Positions 1-10,958 of a stretch of DNA of 56,848 bases are shown here, piece after piece. Origin of the DNA: an uncultured Candidatus Saccharibacteria bacterium (GTDB lineage Bacteria; Patescibacteriota; Minisyncoccia; Phycocordibacterales; UBA5272); the NCBI GenBank assembly GCA_964406165.1, contig CAYOQQ010000004.1, positions 1 through 56,848 on the forward strand, in the 5' to 3' direction. How positions within the stretch are numbered: position 1 is the stretch's first letter; each line of letters begins with the position of its first letter. The notes below the pieces were generated by a model. The model was not told the DNA's origin. It searched no databases and worked only from the letters and a program-made list of their open reading frames with translations. The translations under genes were made by a program, and so were the position numbers.

Positions 1-1
1 T

Positions 2-208
2 GTGTGGGAAGGGGTGTGCGTGATTAGTTCTTGGGATAAACAAGAATCATCAATTTTTGCAAATGTGACGTGCAAAGACAAGCACACCAAAGTAAATGAC
101 GCTGAGACATTGCTATCATATGTCAACAACAAAAATAATCCATACTGTTTTGCAGACAAGAATGACAAATTGTATTGCAAGATAGGCGATAAAAAACGAA
201 TGAAGTAG
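2..208 (+). CDS. 3' end of a hypothetical protein (5' part outside window)
   Basis: The ORF is open to the window edge and stops at 206-208. A hairpin/T-run follows at 241-276. No recognisable domain. Confidence 0.3.
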   Translation: MWEGVCVISSWDKQESSIFANVTCKDKHTKVNDAETLLSYVNNKNNPYCFADKNDKLYCKIGDKKRMK

Positions 209-240
209 AAGGTCACAGATCCACTTCTTCATTAAGAATA

Positions 241-276
241 CCCGTTACTGGTAAAACAGTGACGGGCTTTTATATT
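241..276 (+). terminator. intrinsic terminator
   Basis: The cccgttactg / cagtgacggg stem is followed by cttttatatt. Confidence 0.55.
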
Positions 277-337
277 CTAGATGAATGCGTGCTACACTTT
301 TAAGTAGTATTTATGTCGAACATAAAGACACTCTTAT

Positions 338-565
338 ATGCAACCCCACCCCAATGACCCTCTGTACGGTAAAACACTTAAAGTAATTCTTGAGTATCTG
401 GTAAAAGAATATGGATGGAAGGAACTTGGTGAGCAGATAAAAATAAATTGTTTTGTCAGTGACCCAAGTATCAAGTCAAGCTTAACCTTTCTCAGACGTA
501 CCCCATGGGCACGAGAAAAAGTTGAGGAGCTGTATATCTATACTATTTCTAAGCAGGTAAGGTAA
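338..565 (+). CDS. small conserved protein, VF530/DUF2132-like
   Basis: The 75-aa ORF contains LEYLVKEYGWKELGEQIKINCF...LTFLRRTPWAREKVE, which resembles the DUF2132 (VF530) family from memory. Confidence 0.5.
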   Translation: MQPHPNDPLYGKTLKVILEYLVKEYGWKELGEQIKINCFVSDPSIKSSLTFLRRTPWAREKVEELYIYTISKQVR

Positions 566-581
566 GTTTTGTAGTGAAATA

Positions 582-625
582 GAAAACAGGCCAGCGCGAA
601 GTGTTGGCCTGTTTTCTTGGCTTTT
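582..625. terminator. bidirectional terminator between convergent genes
   Basis: The gaaaacaggccag / ttggcctgttttc stem is flanked by an A-run and a T-run. Confidence 0.6.
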
Positions 626-634
626 TGTAACTTT

Positions 635-2197
635 TTAGTTATCGTTTAAAGCTCCGCGAGTTAGAGTTCCAACATAACCCGTTGTTGAAATACTTTTCGT
701 AGCTTGGAAACGCTTTACTGCATCAAGAGTAAGAGAACCGAAGTAACCGGTAGCATCAGAGACTAAGTAGTTTTCTCCGATGAGATATTTTTGAAGCTCA
801 ACTACTTCATTACTTGTTTGTCCGTACCACATATCAACACTAAATGTGTAAGGTCCACCAGTTCCATTGTTAGAAGTATCTGATTGGTTTACATTAAAGG
901 CAATAGGTAGACATGTAGCGTTACTATTTTGGCATACAGTTACAACAGATGTTCCGAAACTTTTACCAGTAACAGTAAGTACTGTATTGTTAATACTTGC
1001 TACAATTGGAGACGATACTCCTGATTGTAGGTAAAAAGCTGACCCGTTACCTCCTGTCATATTTAATCGAATAGTTTCATTCACTGCGAGGAATAGTGTG
1101 TAGTTTAAGTTAGATGTTTGAGTTGCACTTGTAATTGTAACGAGAAGAGTACTGCAAGTTGCATTTGATGAGCAGATGTTAAGAGTACGAGTACCACTTG
1201 TTTGACCACTCACAGAAAGTGAATTACCTGATACCTGAGTCATGAGGGTATCACCACTTACGGTAGATACAGAATATGATCCATTACCACCAGTCATTTG
1301 TACTGTGCCAAGCTGGCTTGCTGATAGTGAAAGAGTTGTAGGACTTAACATTACTGCATTATTTGCAGAACCAGAAACTGTTACGTTCACGCTTCCACAT
1401 ATGTTATTTGAAGAACATACATTGAGTAATCGTGTACCAGTAATCGAACCACTAATAGAAATCGAGTTACCGTTAGCAAAGTACATAAGGTTATCACCAG
1501 ATACTGTTGTAACAGTATAGGGTGAGTTACCACCATTTACGGTGAACACTCCTGACTGACCAGGGGTAAGGGTGAGAGTTGAAGGAGAAATGGTGAGTCC
1601 GTTACTTGATGTCGTATTGGTTGAAATAGTTGTTGATGAACATAATCCTCCACTTGTCCCACAAATTGTTACAACTGAATTCCCACTAGAGAGCCCAGTG
1701 TAGGATATTGTGTTTCCTGAAAGAGCGACACTGATGACAGCACTGTTAGAGTTGGAAGAGATGTAGTAGATACCTGTTCCTCCTGAGATTGTCATAGAGC
1801 CACTCTGACCAACGGTTATGTAAGGATTGGTTTGACTAAATGTGATTTGGCCTTGTGATCCAGCATTTTGGTAAGGCCAGGTGAGACTATTAGAAGTGTA
1901 ACCATTAATAATAGTATACACAGGAGTCGTGGAGTTTATTCCAACCCCGGTCGTACTAATTGTTCCAGAAAAGCTACCTGTGTTATTTGTCGTACCAAGA
2001 ACTTGCGAATGAGTTGTTCCGTCAGAATTTGATTTAAAGTAGAGTGCTATTTGGGAATTGCCATCTGCTCCTGTGATTGAGACAACAACATTGTTCCCAT
2101 CTCCAGTACTTACTGCAGATAACTGAGGTGAAGCAGCAGATGTGACAGCAAAAGGTACCATACATGCAATCATAAAACTAAGAATATATTTTTTCAT
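635..2197 (-). CDS. secreted surface protein with about 5 Ig-like S/T/G-rich repeats and a C-terminal peptidoglycan-binding domain
   Basis: It has an N-terminal signal peptide (MKKYILSFMIACMVPFAVTSA). Repeated modules of about 85 aa read (L/I)SP(T/S)TL(S/T)L...GGNG(S)Y(S/T)V.TVSGD...C. The C-terminus (VVELQKYL...GYFGSLTLDAVKRFQ) is PG_binding_1-like. Confidence 0.7.
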   Translation of the reverse strand: MKKYILSFMIACMVPFAVTSAASPQLSAVSTGDGNNVVVSITGADGNSQIALYFKSNSDGTTHSQVLGTTNNTGSFSGTISTTGVGINSTTPVYTIINGYTSNSLTWPYQNAGSQGQITFSQTNPYITVGQSGSMTISGGTGIYYISSNSNSAVISVALSGNTISYTGLSSGNSVVTICGTSGGLCSSTTISTNTTSSNGLTISPSTLTLTPGQSGVFTVNGGNSPYTVTTVSGDNLMYFANGNSISISGSITGTRLLNVCSSNNICGSVNVTVSGSANNAVMLSPTTLSLSASQLGTVQMTGGNGSYSVSTVSGDTLMTQVSGNSLSVSGQTSGTRTLNICSSNATCSTLLVTITSATQTSNLNYTLFLAVNETIRLNMTGGNGSAFYLQSGVSSPIVASINNTVLTVTGKSFGTSVVTVCQNSNATCLPIAFNVNQSDTSNNGTGGPYTFSVDMWYGQTSNEVVELQKYLIGENYLVSDATGYFGSLTLDAVKRFQATKSISTTGYVGTLTRGALNDN

Positions 2198-2293
2198 TTT
2201 GTTGTGTGGATTAAAGTTGGTTAATTAGAAAGTTGTTAAAGATAGATGTTTTTTTGCATAATATGCTTATAACTTAGGTGTCCTGTACTACGT

Positions 2294-2875
2294 ATGACGC
2301 ATGAGACGTTGGAATATTACACCTCAAACAGAAGTTTGATTCAATATGGAATGCTATACTTTCTGTATATGAACGATATTGAACATAAAGATGACCAAAA
2401 TTTTTGGAATATTATTTATTCGGCATTCTTTGCAGGTATTTGTTTTCTGTTGTGTGTAATTCTTATACAAGTACGTGGGTCGCTTCCAACATCGATTTCT
2501 TTCTTTGACATGGCTCTTATTATGCTCGCCACTTTTCGTCTCACTCGACTTTTTGTATATGATAAAATTACTCGTTTTTTAAGAGATTCATTTTTTAATG
2601 CGCACGAGTCTTATACAGAAGAAGGTGTAACGTATTTTGTAAAAAAAGAAAGAACAAATGGTCCACTACGGACAGCCTACGAGCTACTCACGTGCCCATG
2701 GTGCTTTAGTGTGTGGGCAGCAACTGTCGTTGTCTTTTTCTACTTCCTGACTCCACTTGCATGGCTTCCGATTTTTATCCTCGCCGTATCAGGTGTTGCA
2801 TCCTTCTTTCAGCTTGTTGCTAACATGGTTGGTTGGACAGCCGAGAATGGAAAGTTACGAGCTACAAAGGGTTAA
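2294..2875 (+). CDS. integral membrane protein, DUF1360-like
   Basis: It has four predicted TM helices. The RLTRLFVYDKITRFLRD and CPWCFSVW motifs resemble DUF1360. Confidence 0.45.
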   Translation: MTHETLEYYTSNRSLIQYGMLYFLYMNDIEHKDDQNFWNIIYSAFFAGICFLLCVILIQVRGSLPTSISFFDMALIMLATFRLTRLFVYDKITRFLRDSFFNAHESYTEEGVTYFVKKERTNGPLRTAYELLTCPWCFSVWAATVVVFFYFLTPLAWLPIFILAVSGVASFFQLVANMVGWTAENGKLRATKG

Positions 2876-2997
2876 TTATTAACAAAACTGTTGACAGCGA
2901 AGGTTTTAGAATGAGAAGTGGTGTTACACTTGTAGTAGCAGGGTTGTATCGTGCACATATCAAGAATCTAACTCTTGTACCCTCATATTATTTCAAT

Positions 2998-3939
2998 ATG
3001 AAAAAAATTATGCGCATTCTCTCAGTAGTTATTGGTATTAGCTTAGTTGGATATTTGTTTTCATATATAGGAAGCCACAACATGGGGGTACTTAACCCTA
3101 AGGGGCTCATAGCAGAAGCTGAAAAAAATCTCCTTATTACAGCGGTATCACTCATGATGATTGTTATTATTCCTGTGTTTGTTATGCTTTTTTCTTTCGC
3201 ATGGAGATATAGAGCAAGTAACACAAAGGCAAAGTATGCGCCAGATTGGCACAATAATCTTCCTCTTGAGATAGTTTGGTGGCTTGTCCCAGTTACTATT
3301 ATCGCCATTTTAGGTACAATAACTTGGAAGACGACTCATGACCTGGATCCTTTTAAACCACTTGACCTTGACGTTAAGCCTGTGACTGTTCAAGTTGTTG
3401 CACTTGATTGGAAGTGGCTCTTTATTTATCCAGACGAACATATTGCCACAGTTAATTATCTTGTTATTCCAAAAGACACACCTATTAACTTTATTATTAC
3501 TGCTGATGCACCAATGAATGCATTTTGGATTCCCCAGCTTGGGACTCAGATTTATGCTATGCCAGGGATGTCTGCAAAGTTACATTTGGTTGCAAATGAA
3601 GAAGGAATATATAAAGGGGTGTCATCTAATTTCAGTGGAGACGGTTTCTCAGGAATGAAATTCGATACTAAGGTTATTTCTGGTGAGGAATATGCTGACT
3701 GGGTTAATACCGCTAGAACTATTTCAAGCCCGCTTACTAAAGAAACGTATACTGCTCTTGCTAAACAATCTAAAAATGTACCTGTACACCTTTTCTCTTC
3801 TGTTGAAGATGGGTTGTATGATTCTATTATTATGAAATTTATGGCACCAGGAGAAATGGGTACCAATAAGAGTTCTTCCGGCGCCTCGCAAGGCTCACCG
3901 ATGAATATGGAGGGGATGGGTACAATGATGTCACATTAA
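2998..3939 (+). CDS. cyoA: cytochrome o/bo3-type ubiquinol oxidase subunit II
   Basis: Start chosen at the internal ATG (MKKIMRIL..., lipoprotein/TM-like). The cupredoxin-like domain has [14 protein letters not shown] and no CuA Cys ligands, as in quinol oxidases. It is first in the cyoABCDE order. Confidence 0.88.
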   Translation: MKKIMRILSVVIGISLVGYLFSYIGSHNMGVLNPKGLIAEAEKNLLITAVSLMMIVIIPVFVMLFSFAWRYRASNTKAKYAPDWHNNLPLEIVWWLVPVTIIAILGTITWKTTHDLDPFKPLDLDVKPVTVQVVALDWKWLFIYPDEHIATVNYLVIPKDTPINFIITADAPMNAFWIPQLGTQIYAMPGMSAKLHLVANEEGIYKGVSSNFSGDGFSGMKFDTKVISGEEYADWVNTARTISSPLTKETYTALAKQSKNVPVHLFSSVEDGLYDSIIMKFMAPGEMGTNKSSSGASQGSPMNMEGMGTMMSH

Positions 3940-3959
3940 TAATCAATATACATACAATT

Positions 3960-5906
3960 ATGCTAGGAAGATTCACAACACAAGCGCTCCCTCATGATCC
4001 TATTGTTATCGCTGCAACTGTCTTTATGTCAGTTATTGTAATAGCTGTAGTCTGGGCACTATTTCACTTTAAAAAGTGGAAATGGCTATGGACTGAATGG
4101 ATAACTTCTGTAGACCACAAAAAGATTGGCATCATGTATCTCATTCTTGCTTTTGTGATGCTGCTCAGAGGTTTTATTGATGCGGCAATGATGCGTACAC
4201 AGCAAGCTATTTCTATTGGGGATAATATGGGGTTTTTGCCGCCTGATCACTATGACCAAATATTTACAGCACATGGGGTGATTATGATTTTCTTTGTGGC
4301 AATGCCGTTTATGTTTGGTCTTATTAACTTAGCAGTGCCACTTCAGATAGGTGCTCGAGATGTGGCGTTCCCTTTTCTTAATTCAATGAGTTTTTGGTTT
4401 ACAGTGATGGGGGCATTACTCGTAAATGCATCACTGGTGCTTGGGGACTTCGCAGCAGTAGGATGGCTTGCGTACCCGCCGCTTTCTGAGCTTCAGTTTA
4501 GTCCTGGTGTCGGGATGGATTATTATATATGGTCAATACAAATCGCTGGTGTTGGGACATTACTTTCTGCAATTAACTTTTTTGTAACAATTATTATGAT
4601 GCGTTGTAAAGGGATGACGCTTATGCGGATGCCAGTCTTTACATGGACTAGTCTCTGTTCGATGATTCTTGTTATTATTGTGTTTCCAATTCTTACTGCA
4701 ACACTTGCAATGTTAGGGGCCGATAGACTTTTAGGGATGCATTTCTTTACATCATCATTTGGAGGTAATCCGATGATGTATGTAAATCTCATCTGGGCAT
4801 GGGGGCATCCAGAGGTGTATATTCTTATACTGCCTGCATTTGGAATCTTTTCTGAAGTAGTTGCAGCATTTTCAAAGAAGCGATTATTTGGGTATACGTC
4901 TATGATTTATGCGACAGTAGCTATAACGATCTTTTCATTTTTGGTGTGGCTTCACCATTTCTTTACTATGGGGGCAGGGGCTAATGTGAATGCGTTCTTC
5001 GGTATTATGACAATGATTATTGCAATTCCAACCGGAGTGAAAATTTTCAACTGGCTCTTTACGATGTTTAGAGGCAGAATTACCTTCGCCTCCCCAATGC
5101 TTTGGATGATGGGTTTCATCTTCACCTTTACATTAGGTGGCATGACAGGAGTCATGCTTTCAGTACCTGGAATTGATTTTCAAGTACACAATAGTCTCTT
5201 TTTGGTTGCACACTTCCATAATACGATTATTGGTGGAGTTGTGTTTGGGTATTTTGCAGGACTTGTGTATTGGTTCCCGAAGTTCTTTGGGTTTAGACTG
5301 AATGAAAAATTTGGTAAGCTTGCATTTTGGCACTGGATTATTGGGTTCTTCGTGACATTTACTCCACTTTATATCTTAGGATTTATGGGTATGACTCGAA
5401 GGTTACAACATATTAGTGATCCGGAATGGAGGCCATTACTTATTATTGCTGCAATTGGAACTGCGATTATCTTTGTAGGTGTTGTGATGCAGGCAATTCA
5501 ACTTATTGTGAGTATTAAGGATAGGAAGAAACTTAAAGATACAACAGGTGACCCATGGGATGGGCGAACACTCGAATGGTCAACAACATCACCACCACCA
5601 TTTTATAACTTTGCGATTTTACCTGAAGTGAACGGTCGTCATGCATTCTGGGATATGAAATACGGTGATGCAGAAAAAATAAGTAAGGTGTATAAAGATA
5701 TCCATATGCCAAAGAATACTCCTCTTGGTTTTTATATAGCCATTGCTAGTTTCTTCTTTGGTTTCGGTCTTGTGTGGCATATATTCTGGTTAAGTATCAT
5801 TGCCATAATTAGTATTGTTGCTCTTGTAGTTAGTCGTTCTTTTGATACAGAAACGTCATATATCATCACCAAGGAAGAGTTACTTCGCTTAGAAAAGAAG
5901 CATTAA
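3960..5906 (+). CDS. cyoB: cytochrome o ubiquinol oxidase subunit I (heme-copper oxidase)
   Basis: 648 aa with motifs [30 protein letters not shown] and [11 protein letters not shown]. Confidence 0.95.
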   Translation: MLGRFTTQALPHDPIVIAATVFMSVIVIAVVWALFHFKKWKWLWTEWITSVDHKKIGIMYLILAFVMLLRGFIDAAMMRTQQAISIGDNMGFLPPDHYDQIFTAHGVIMIFFVAMPFMFGLINLAVPLQIGARDVAFPFLNSMSFWFTVMGALLVNASLVLGDFAAVGWLAYPPLSELQFSPGVGMDYYIWSIQIAGVGTLLSAINFFVTIIMMRCKGMTLMRMPVFTWTSLCSMILVIIVFPILTATLAMLGADRLLGMHFFTSSFGGNPMMYVNLIWAWGHPEVYILILPAFGIFSEVVAAFSKKRLFGYTSMIYATVAITIFSFLVWLHHFFTMGAGANVNAFFGIMTMIIAIPTGVKIFNWLFTMFRGRITFASPMLWMMGFIFTFTLGGMTGVMLSVPGIDFQVHNSLFLVAHFHNTIIGGVVFGYFAGLVYWFPKFFGFRLNEKFGKLAFWHWIIGFFVTFTPLYILGFMGMTRRLQHISDPEWRPLLIIAAIGTAIIFVGVVMQAIQLIVSIKDRKKLKDTTGDPWDGRTLEWSTTSPPPFYNFAILPEVNGRHAFWDMKYGDAEKISKVYKDIHMPKNTPLGFYIAIASFFFGFGLVWHIFWLSIIAIISIVALVVSRSFDTETSYIITKEELLRLEKKH

Positions 5907-5919
5907 TTCCTACAATCTT

Positions 5920-6534
5920 ATGACAAAAAAAATATCACAAAAAAATAATGTAGAGATGCTTCATGAGACTCATGAAGAGGGTGGAAAGGCACTCTTTGGA
6001 TTCTGGGTGTATATCATGAGTGATTGTTTGTTGTTTGCAAGTCTTTTTGCAACATATGTGGTACTTCGAAATAGTACATTCGGTGGGCCATCAGGAAGAG
6101 ATCTCTTTAATATGCCGTTTGTGCTCACTGAAACAATAATTCTTCTCTCCAGTACTTTTACTTATGGGTTAGTTACCTTTTATGCTCATCATAAACAACA
6201 TAAGTCATATGTGCTGTCATGGATGTTCGCTACATTTGCACTCGGTCTTCTTTTCTTGGTAATGGAAGTCAGTGAGTTTAGTAGTCTAATTCATGATGGA
6301 TACGGTCCAGATAAGAGTGCATTTCTCTCTGCATTCTTTACACTTGTCGGAACTCACGGGCTTCATGTGTTCTTCGGCCTTATCTGGATGGTGAGTTTAT
6401 TTGTTCAGGTCCTTAAGCAGGGGCTATCGCCACGAATCTCACAGAAACTTTCAATGCTTGGATTGTTCTGGCATTTCCTTGATATTATTTGGATATTTAT
6501 TTTTACTATTGTGTACTTAATGGGGATTGTATAA
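5920..6534 (+). CDS. cyoC: cytochrome o ubiquinol oxidase subunit III
   Basis: 204-aa five-TM protein containing FWHFLDIIWIFIFT, in operon position. Confidence 0.9.
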   Translation: MTKKISQKNNVEMLHETHEEGGKALFGFWVYIMSDCLLFASLFATYVVLRNSTFGGPSGRDLFNMPFVLTETIILLSSTFTYGLVTFYAHHKQHKSYVLSWMFATFALGLLFLVMEVSEFSSLIHDGYGPDKSAFLSAFFTLVGTHGLHVFFGLIWMVSLFVQVLKQGLSPRISQKLSMLGLFWHFLDIIWIFIFTIVYLMGIV

Positions 6535-6544
6535 TTAAAGTACT

Positions 6545-6922
6545 ATGAAAAAATCTTTTGAAGTTGTTAATGAAAAGTTCGAATCTTCACGTGATGCACT
6601 GTTCTCGTACATAGCAGGTTTCTTCCTGTCACTTTTTTTAACTATTATTCCGTATGTCATGGTGACTGAGCAGATGCTTGACCGAAAAAGTTCACTCATT
6701 TGGATTTTCTTCTTTGCGGTTGCGCAACTTTGTGTTCAGGTACTTTTTTTCCTCCATCTCCCTGCAAAAGAAAAACCATATTGGAATATTATTGCGTTTG
6801 TATATACATTACTAATCGTCGCATTCTTAGTTATAGGGTCAATGTGGATCATGTATCACCTTAATATGAATATGATGGGGGTGTCGCCATTTCATTCTAA
6901 TGAAGGATTTATTCCACAATAA
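6545..6922 (+). CDS. cyoD: cytochrome o ubiquinol oxidase subunit IV
   Basis: 125-aa three-TM protein immediately after cyoC. The LFFLHL motif is typical of CyoD/QoxD. Confidence 0.8.
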   Translation: MKKSFEVVNEKFESSRDALFSYIAGFFLSLFLTIIPYVMVTEQMLDRKSSLIWIFFFAVAQLCVQVLFFLHLPAKEKPYWNIIAFVYTLLIVAFLVIGSMWIMYHLNMNMMGVSPFHSNEGFIPQ

Positions 6923-6956
6923 GAGATGACATTCTGATAATAGGCTTTGTTATATA

Positions 6957-7820
6957 ATGCTTAAAGATTACTACACACTTACAAAGCCGGGGATTATGTA
7001 CGGGAATGCTCTCACTGTTATAGCGGGATTTTTCCTCGCATCACAAGGGGATATACAGTGGAGATTACTTTTTCTTGTGCTCATCGGGTTATCTTTAGTA
7101 ATTGCTTCCGGGTGTGTCTTTAATAACTATATAGATCGTGATATTGATGCCCTCATGGAGCGAACAAAAAAACGTGCACTTGTCCGTGGGGCAATACCAC
7201 TTACCTATGCACTCGTTTTCGCTACTGTTCTTGGCTTGTTAGGTATAAGTATATTGGCATTATTCACAAATAGTCTTACGGTTACCGTGTCTTTAGTTGG
7301 GTTATTAGTATATGTGGTCGTGTATAGTTTGTGGCTTAAGCGTACATCAACCCACAGTGCTCTTATTGGAGGCATATCTGGAGCTATTCCGCCAGTTGTG
7401 GGGTATCTAGCGGTAAGCGGTGTGATTGATACTGGGGCGGTGTTACTATTCATTATCTTAGCTCTCTGGCAGATGCCTCACTCATTTGCAATCGCGCTGT
7501 ATAGAGTTGATGATTATACTCGAGCACATATTCCGGTTCTTCCTGTAGTTCGTGGAGTAAAGCAGACCAAAATACAGATACTGATCTATACAGTGCTTTT
7601 TGTATTTGCGACACTTATGTTGTATGTATTTGGGTATGCTGATATGTTGTATTTTTCAGTAATGATAATTTTGGGTGCAATATGGATATGGATAGCAGTC
7701 ATAGGACTACGTAATGAATCTAATGAGATTACAAAGTGGGCAAAGCGATTATTTGGTTTCTCAATTATCACACTACTTGTGTGGTGCTTGGTTATTGTGG
7801 TAGAACACTTTATAGTGTAA
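6957..7820 (+). CDS. cyoE: protoheme IX farnesyltransferase (heme O synthase)
   Basis: UbiA-family motif NNYIDRDIDALMERTKKR, polytopic, follows cyoD. Confidence 0.9.
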   Translation: MLKDYYTLTKPGIMYGNALTVIAGFFLASQGDIQWRLLFLVLIGLSLVIASGCVFNNYIDRDIDALMERTKKRALVRGAIPLTYALVFATVLGLLGISILALFTNSLTVTVSLVGLLVYVVVYSLWLKRTSTHSALIGGISGAIPPVVGYLAVSGVIDTGAVLLFIILALWQMPHSFAIALYRVDDYTRAHIPVLPVVRGVKQTKIQILIYTVLFVFATLMLYVFGYADMLYFSVMIILGAIWIWIAVIGLRNESNEITKWAKRLFGFSIITLLVWCLVIVVEHFIV

Positions 7821-7828
7821 TCATTAGT

Positions 7829-8827
7829 ATGAAATCAAAAAAGAATGCCATTTTTTCTGTGATTCTATTTCTTGTTGCTGGTTCCGCTCTTATAGGTGTG
7901 TATTTCTTTTTTTATGGCAGACAACCTATTACGTATCATCGAGAAGAAGCTATTGATGCTGTAGAAATGTATTCCGCAACCTCTACACAACAGTCTGTTA
8001 GATTACTATTTGTTGGAGATATGATGTTTGATAGATATATCAGAAAAATGGCAATTAAATATGGAGAAGAACACCTCTTTTCTTGTATTAACCCACTCTT
8101 ACAAGAACAAGATATGGTGATTGGAAATTTAGAAGGTCCGATAACTTCTCGGCAATCTACAAGTATGGATACAAAAATTGGTAGTCCAGAAAATTATTAC
8201 TTTACTTTCCCTACATCAACCGCAAAACTCCTTTTTGGTCATAATATAAAACTGGTTAACATTGGGAATAATCATATTAATAATCAAAGAAGGGAGGGGG
8301 TTGTCGAGACAAAGGCAGTATTACAAAAAGCTGGGGTTGGTTATTTTGGAGGACTACTCGGAGATGAGATTGTATATCGGGAAACTATTCACGGAATCTC
8401 TTTCTCGTTTATTAGTTATAACCAATTTGGCGGAAAAGGTGAGGACGTTGTTGTAGCTAACATTAAATCAGAAAAAGAGCTTGGAAGAGTCGTTATTGTA
8501 TATGCACATTGGGGAGAAGAGTACCAAGATGTGAGACAGGAAATTCGATTAACTGCAAAACATTTTGCTGAAAGTGGAGCAGATCTCATCATTGGGTCAC
8601 ACCCCCATATCGTACAGTCACATGAGCTCATTGGCACTGTGCCAGTGTATTATTCACTTGGTAATTTTATTTTTGACCAATATTTTCAAAAGGAAGTTAT
8701 GGAAGGGCTAACTCTTTCAGTTGAACTGTTACCGGATAAAAAAATAACCATCAAAGAACACCCGGTGGTACTATATAAAGATGGTAGAACGTGCCCAAAA
8801 TCTGATGATGCAAGTAAACAGATATAG
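7829..8827 (+). CDS. CapA/PGA_cap-family metallophosphoesterase-like protein, membrane anchored
   Basis: Start taken at the internal ATG (MKSKKNAIF..., TM anchor). Motifs: FVGDMMFDR, GNLEGP, IGNNH, AHWGEEY, GSHPH. Confidence 0.75.
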   Translation: MKSKKNAIFSVILFLVAGSALIGVYFFFYGRQPITYHREEAIDAVEMYSATSTQQSVRLLFVGDMMFDRYIRKMAIKYGEEHLFSCINPLLQEQDMVIGNLEGPITSRQSTSMDTKIGSPENYYFTFPTSTAKLLFGHNIKLVNIGNNHINNQRREGVVETKAVLQKAGVGYFGGLLGDEIVYRETIHGISFSFISYNQFGGKGEDVVVANIKSEKELGRVVIVYAHWGEEYQDVRQEIRLTAKHFAESGADLIIGSHPHIVQSHELIGTVPVYYSLGNFIFDQYFQKEVMEGLTLSVELLPDKKITIKEHPVVLYKDGRTCPKSDDASKQI

Positions 8828-8841
8828 TGTAGAATGAGGAC

Positions 8842-10161
8842 ATGTTACATCCTCTTAATTCTATAGAGCAAAATACGTATGATGTCATTATCGTAGGAGG
8901 TGGCGCTTCAGGGATGATGGCCGCATGTAGCGCTGCACGTAATGGAGCACGTGTACTTGTTCTTGAAAAAAATAAACGTCTTGGTGAAAAACTTCGTATT
9001 ACCGGTGGTGGAAGATGTAATATTTTAAATGCAGAAGAAGATGAACGGGTGCTTTTAAAAAAATATGGTAAGGCTGAACAGGCGCTTTATTCAACGTTTG
9101 TGCAGTTCGGGGTGCAAGAGACAACTCATTTTTTTATGTCACGTGGTATGAAGTTAGTAGTAGAAAACGCTAAGAGAGCTTTCCCGAGTACCTTTTTAGC
9201 CGAAGATGTTGTCTCACTATTAGAGCGTGAAATGAAGGTGTTAGGTGTAGAAGTTAGTTACATGACCCCAGTTACTAAAATAGAAGCTAAAGATGGCGCT
9301 ATTGTAAGAGTTGTATCACATAAGAGAGTATTTAGCGCAGAAGAGTACATCTTCGCAACAGGCAGTGTTTCTCATCCTGAGACAGGTTCAACTGGGGATG
9401 GCTTTGTGTGGCTAAAGAATATTGGTCATACGGTAAAAGAACCAACACCGACCATTGTGCCTCTTGCTGTTAAAGAAACATGGGTAAAAGAACTAGCTGG
9501 AGTATCCCTTGATGGAATGAAAATTACTTTTTTCGTGGACGGTAAAAAAGAATTTGCCCTTTCAGGGAGGGTGCTCTTTACTCATTTTGGTCTATCTGGT
9601 CCTCTTATATTAAATAATGCACATAAGGTTGCAGACTTACTACATACTGGTACAGTTACTGCAACAATAGATATGTCGGCAGTTAACGATTTTTCTATTC
9701 TTGAAAAAGAGGTGATGGCAGTTTTTGATGCAAATAAAAATAAGACACTAAAAAATGTTGTTAAAGAAATAGTGCCAAATGGAATGCATAAAGGGGTGAT
9801 AACAGTACTTGGAGGACATATAGATACAGAAACGAAAGTGCACTCAGTTACTAAGGAAGAGCGTAAAAAAATTGTGCATCTTCTTAAAGCACTTCCGCTT
9901 ACTATTGAGGGGTTGATGGGTTTTGATAAAGCGGTAGTTGCAGATGGTGGAGTGCCACTTGATGAAATAGATATGAAAACAATGCGTTCAAAAAAGATAA
10001 AAAATCTTTTAATTACAGGAGATTTGCTCCACATTAATAGACCTTCAGGTGGGTATTCACTTCAGTTATGTTGGACAACTGGTTATGTTGCCGGCAATAA
10101 TGCGGTAAAGGGAATTCTACCTACACATGGGGGAAAGGGGGGTATTCATACGTTAAAGTAA
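8842..10161 (+). CDS. HI0933/BaiN-like FAD-dependent oxidoreductase
   Basis: N-terminal dinucleotide-binding motif YDVIIVGGGASGMMAA, GGGRCN, and a C-terminus typical of the HI0933-like family. Confidence 0.8.
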   Translation: MLHPLNSIEQNTYDVIIVGGGASGMMAACSAARNGARVLVLEKNKRLGEKLRITGGGRCNILNAEEDERVLLKKYGKAEQALYSTFVQFGVQETTHFFMSRGMKLVVENAKRAFPSTFLAEDVVSLLEREMKVLGVEVSYMTPVTKIEAKDGAIVRVVSHKRVFSAEEYIFATGSVSHPETGSTGDGFVWLKNIGHTVKEPTPTIVPLAVKETWVKELAGVSLDGMKITFFVDGKKEFALSGRVLFTHFGLSGPLILNNAHKVADLLHTGTVTATIDMSAVNDFSILEKEVMAVFDANKNKTLKNVVKEIVPNGMHKGVITVLGGHIDTETKVHSVTKEERKKIVHLLKALPLTIEGLMGFDKAVVADGGVPLDEIDMKTMRSKKIKNLLITGDLLHINRPSGGYSLQLCWTTGYVAGNNAVKGILPTHGGKGGIHTLK

Positions 10162-10162
10162 T

Positions 10163-10834
10163 ATGAAAAATCAGGTTGAAATAGAAAAAGAATGGAAGCT
10201 TGAGCTGCAAGATTATTTTGCTGGTACTGATTTTAAGAAGTTGGCAGATTTTATAAGGAATGAATATGTTACTAAAAAAGTTTTTCCAAATCCTAAAACT
10301 ATTTTTAGAGCATTTGAGTTAACACCATTTTCAAAAGTTAAAGTTGTCATTTTAGGGCAAGATCCCTATCATAATGATGGACAAGCACACGGACTTTCAT
10401 TCTCTGTTCAAGATGGTGTACTTCCTCCTCCGTCATTAAAAAATATTTATAAGGAAATTGAAAGTGATACTGGAGTTAAAAAAGATTTTTCAAAAGGTAA
10501 TTTAGAGAGCTGGGCACAACAGGGTGTGTTTTTATTAAATGCAATACTAACAGTTGTTGAACATGCTCCTGCTTCACATCAAGGGAAAGGATGGGAATTA
10601 TTCACAGACACTGTCATTAGAAGCATTTCAGAAAAGCATGAGCATGTTGTATTTATGTTATGGGGTAATTATGCGCGAAGTAAGAGAGATTTAATTGATA
10701 GCTCGAAACATCTTATTCTCGAAGCACCTCACCCCTCACCATTTTCTGCGTACACTGGATTTTTCGGCAGTAAGCATTTTTCAAAGTGTAACGAATATTT
10801 AAAAAGAAATGGTAAAACTCCAATAGACTGGTGA
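10163..10834 (+). CDS. ung: uracil-DNA glycosylase family 1
   Basis: Motifs ILGQDPYH and EAPHPSPFSA (HPSPLS-like). Confidence 0.9.
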   Translation: MKNQVEIEKEWKLELQDYFAGTDFKKLADFIRNEYVTKKVFPNPKTIFRAFELTPFSKVKVVILGQDPYHNDGQAHGLSFSVQDGVLPPPSLKNIYKEIESDTGVKKDFSKGNLESWAQQGVFLLNAILTVVEHAPASHQGKGWELFTDTVIRSISEKHEHVVFMLWGNYARSKRDLIDSSKHLILEAPHPSPFSAYTGFFGSKHFSKCNEYLKRNGKTPIDW

Positions 10835-10958
10835 TTTTTCTGGTCAAAAATCGTGTGTCACAAAATGCAGTCTCTTTTGTTATATAAGGTATCAGGGGAA
10901 TAAGCGTAAAATCTACTTTCCTCTTCATGATTATTGTCATTAATTAGTATTAATTTGT

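Noticed and set aside
1242-1520. Nested or antisense ORFs inside long genes (for example 1242-1520, 4523-4792, 9582-10034, 11597-12106, 20204-20410, 38873-39313, 43473-43901)
   Set aside because: Each is fully contained in a gene with strong homology-type motifs on the other frame or strand. There is no independent support.
2833-2997. N-terminal extensions given by the ORF track for cyoA and likewise for CapA-like (7736), pilB (15586), Clp-like (38322), trhO (41760), murI (42682), prmC (43459) and the ParB-like gene (46777)
   Set aside because: The extensions overlap the preceding gene or lack sense. Internal ATGs give canonical N-termini (signal/TM or conserved motif) and tight, non-overlapping packing.
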